Made by a program: the position numbers and the translations under genes
Part shown: positions 61,496-64,000 of the stretch, one piece after another
Position numbering within the stretch: the first letter of the stretch is position 1
How the letters are laid out: each line of letters opens with the position of its first letter
The notes under the pieces: model-generated
What the model was told of the DNA's origin: nothing
The model's input: the letters and a program-made list of their open reading frames with translations, nothing else
Database searches by the model: none
Source: an uncultured Pseudomonadota bacterium
GTDB lineage: Bacteria > Myxococcota_A > Polyangia > Fen-1088
Length of the DNA stretch: 64,000 bases
Reading direction: 5' to 3'
Assembly: GCA_963847705.1 (NCBI GenBank)
Contig: CAWKBC010000034.1
Coordinates: 160,001-224,000 of the forward strand

Positions 61496-61694
61496 TCGTC
61501 CCTCTCAAGGATCAGTATGCGCGCCGAATGTTTCCGTATCCTTTCGGCGCGACCCTTTGTTCGTTACTTCGCCGCGTCACGCGGCGCTTCGGTGCACGCC
61601 GAAAACGAGAACCGATCGCTGCCGTTCGGACCTGGGTGATTCCTGGTCGGCTGGCTTGAATTCGCGCGGCCTTTCTTCCAGGATGTCGCCGCCC

Positions 61695-62792
61695 ATGCAA
61701 CGCACGCCGCTCTATGAATCCCACCTCCGCCTCGGCGCGAAGATGGTCGACTTCGGCGGTTGGGCAATGCCGGTCAGCTACGCCGGCGGCATCATCGACG
61801 AGCACCGGGCCACCCGGCAGGCGGTGGGCGTCTTCGACGTCTGCCACATGGGCGAGATCCACTTCCGCGGGGCGCGGGCCGCGGAGGCCGTGCAGCGCCT
61901 CATCACCAACGACGTCGCACGGCTCACCGACGGGCGCGCGCTCTACACCGTGGCCTGCCTGCCGAGCGGCGGAATCATCGACGATCTGATCATCTACCGG
62001 CTCTCCGCGACGCACTATCTGACCGTGGTGAACGCCTCCACCTTGGAAAAAGACCGCGCCTGGTTCTTCGAGCACGCGCGCCCGCTCTGCGACGTGACCG
62101 ACGCCTCGGCGGAGACCGGCCTCATCGCCTTCCAGGGGCCGGGGGCGAAGCACGCGCTGCAACCGCTCACCAAGCTCGGGCTCGGCGATCTGGCAGGCTT
62201 CGCCTTCGTCGAGAGCTGCGAGATCGCCGGGGTGAAGGCCTCGATCGCGCGCACCGGTTACACCGGCGAGGACGGGTTCGAGCTCTTCTGCGACAGCAAG
62301 GACGCCGTCACGCTCTGGGACCGCCTGGTCGAGGCAGCGGCGGGGATCGGCGGCAAGCCGGTCGGGCTCGGCGCGCGCGACACGCTTCGCCTCGAGGCGC
62401 GCCTGCCGCTCTACGGCAACGATCTGGATGAGACCACCACGCCGCTCGAGGCCGGGCTCGGATGGGTGGTGAAGCTGGAGGGCGCCGACTTCATCGGTCG
62501 TGAGGCGCTTCGGGCGCAGAGCGCGGCCGGCGTGAAGCGCAAGCTCTGCGGGTTCGAGATGACCGGGCGCGGGATCGCTCGCCATGGCTATCCTCTGTTC
62601 GACGGCGAAGGCCGTCCGAGCGGCACCACGACCTCGGGCGGCCCGGCGCCGACGCTGGGCAAGAACATCGGCCTCGGCTATCTCCCGGTGGAGCTCGATC
62701 GCGCCGGAGAGCGCATCTCGGTCGACTGCCGGGGCAAGCGCGTCGACGCCGAAGTGGTCAAAGGCCCGTTTTACAAGCGAGGAAGAGCATGA
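61695..62792 (+). CDS. gcvT: Glycine cleavage system aminomethyltransferase T
   Basis: RTPLY..H, FGGW.MP, FDVCHMG, RTGYTGEDGFE and GLGARDTLRLEA. Confidence 0.97.
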   Translation: MQRTPLYESHLRLGAKMVDFGGWAMPVSYAGGIIDEHRATRQAVGVFDVCHMGEIHFRGARAAEAVQRLITNDVARLTDGRALYTVACLPSGGIIDDLIIYRLSATHYLTVVNASTLEKDRAWFFEHARPLCDVTDASAETGLIAFQGPGAKHALQPLTKLGLGDLAGFAFVESCEIAGVKASIARTGYTGEDGFELFCDSKDAVTLWDRLVEAAAGIGGKPVGLGARDTLRLEARLPLYGNDLDETTTPLEAGLGWVVKLEGADFIGREALRAQSAAGVKRKLCGFEMTGRGIARHGYPLFDGEGRPSGTTTSGGPAPTLGKNIGLGYLPVELDRAGERISVDCRGKRVDAEVVKGPFYKRGRA

Positions 62793-63199
62793 GCGCGCAG
62801 CAATATCCCGACGACCTCTACTACACGAAGGACCACGAGTGGGCGCGGCTGGAGGATCGCGACGGACAGAAGTTCGCGACCATCGGCGTGACCCGCTTCG
62901 CCGTCGATCAGCTGGGCGACGTGACGCAGGTCGACCTTCCGAAGGAGGGCGAGAGCCTGAAGCAGGCCGAGGTGTTCGGCTCGGTCGAGTCGGTCAAGGC
63001 GGTCTCCGATCTGTTCGCGCCGCTGTCGGGGAAGATCGTCAAGGTCAACTCGCCGCTCAGCGATTCGCCCGAGTACGTCAACGAGGATCCCTACGACGAG
63101 GGGTGGATGATCCAGCTCGCCCTGGGCGACGCCCAGGAGCTGACCGGGCTGATGGACGCCGCCGCCTACCAGGCGTTCCTGCGCGAACAGGGGGAATAA
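62789..63199 (+). CDS. gcvH: Glycine cleavage system H protein
   Basis: YTKDHEW, QLGDV, lipoyl-Lys motif VESVKA and VNEDPY..GW. Confidence 0.97.
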   Translation: MSAQQYPDDLYYTKDHEWARLEDRDGQKFATIGVTRFAVDQLGDVTQVDLPKEGESLKQAEVFGSVESVKAVSDLFAPLSGKIVKVNSPLSDSPEYVNEDPYDEGWMIQLALGDAQELTGLMDAAAYQAFLREQGE

Positions 63200-63202
63200 C
63201 GG

Positions 63203-64000
63203 GTGGCGGTTGAGCTCGGCCTACCTGACCATTTCGTCGATCGCCACGTCGGCCCGGACGCCCGCGAAGAGGCGGAGATGCTGCGGGTGCTGGGCGCCCC
63301 CAGCCTCGACGCGCTGATCGCCGAGACGATCCCGGCGGACATCCGCCTGGCCGGCGCGCTCGATCTCCCGGCGCCCGTCGGCGAGTCCGAGGTGCTGGCC
63401 GAGCTGCGCGCGCTGGCCGCCAAGAATCAGGTCTGGAAGTCGTTCATCGGGATGGGCTATTCGGACTGCTTCACGCCGCCGGTCATCCAGCGCAACATCC
63501 TGGAGAACCCCGGCTGGTACACGGCGTACACCGCCTACCAGGCGGAGATCTCGCAGGGGCGGCTGGAGGCGCTGCTCAATTTTCAGACCATGGTGGCCGA
63601 CCTGACCGGGCTGCCGATCGCCAACGCCTCGCTGCTGGACGAGGCGACGGCGGCCGCCGAGGCGATGCACATGCTGCACGGCCTGGCGCCGGCCACCGCC
63701 GACGTCGATCGCGGCGGGACGTTTCTGATCGCCGACGGCTGCCACCCGCAGACGATCGAGGTGGTGCGGACGCGCGCGCGTCCGCTCGGCATCGTGGTGA
63801 AGGTCGGCGACCCGGCGGCCTTCGACTTCGCCGCCGAGAAGGCCTTCGGCCTCTTGCTGCAGTATCCGGCCACCGACGGCGCGCTGCCGGACCACGCCGC
63901 GCTCATCGGGCGGGCGCACCAGGCCGGGGCGCTGGTGGCGATGGCCACCGATCTGCTGGCGCTGACGGTGCTGACGCCCCCGGGCGAGCTCGGCGCCGAC
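63203..64000 (+). CDS. gcvP: Glycine dehydrogenase (P protein), truncated by the window end
   Basis: From GTG 63203: [48 protein letters not shown] and [15 protein letters not shown]. Confidence 0.95.
   Translation, partial: MAVELGLPDHFVDRHVGPDAREEAEMLRVLGAPSLDALIAETIPADIRLAGALDLPAPVGESEVLAELRALAAKNQVWKSFIGMGYSDCFTPPVIQRNILENPGWYTAYTAYQAEISQGRLEALLNFQTMVADLTGLPIANASLLDEATAAAEAMHMLHGLAPATADVDRGGTFLIADGCHPQTIEVVRTRARPLGIVVKVGDPAAFDFAAEKAFGLLLQYPATDGALPDHAALIGRAHQAGALVAMATDLLALTVLTPPGELGAD

Noticed and set aside
61380-61694. Glycine riboswitch
   Set aside because: The conserved aptamer motifs were not found by eye.

Overview
This is high-GC (about 70% by eye) bacterial DNA that looks like Myxococcota, judging from the eukaryotic-like Ser/Thr kinases, a DUF4388 response regulator, a myxobacterial-type PilZ protein and a Cys-rich lipoprotein. 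From left to right: (1) 1-8.6 kb is a sugar-modification/glycosyltransferase cluster interrupted by a divergent tgt coupled to an MnmC/MnmD-like methyltransferase. (2) About 8.7-20.2 kb is a decayed accessory island bounded by tRNA-Pro(TGG) and a degenerate copy of its 3' half. It carries GST, TetR/O-methyltransferase, YciI, VOC, SDRs, a HipA-type toxin-antitoxin pair and several gene fragments. (3) 20.3-23.6 kb holds an exported MsrA, an MsrPQ-like pair and two tandem tiny secreted Lys/Gly(Met)-rich peptides. (4) SppA, SCP2 and two tandem-kinase-domain Ser/Thr kinases flanking an octaheme cytochrome c follow. (5) Next come regulators, a dGTPase, RNase R and a beta-propeller lipoprotein. (6) 47.9-55.7 kb is an operon: multi-receiver protein, double Ddl-like ATP-grasp, DmpA-type peptidase, GshB-like ATP-grasp and GAF-GGDEF. 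(7) The window ends with vapBC, rarA, dacB and gcvT-gcvH-gcvP (truncated). Several tandem or palindromic repeats occur, including an 81-83 bp two-hairpin family with compensatory base changes at two loci. The best candidates for undescribed systems are the TGT paralog plus aminomethyl-type methyltransferase, the three-ATP-grasp/peptidase operon and the structured repeat family. All calls come from reading motifs by eye; no searches were run. Two single-base frameshifts may be sequencing errors.
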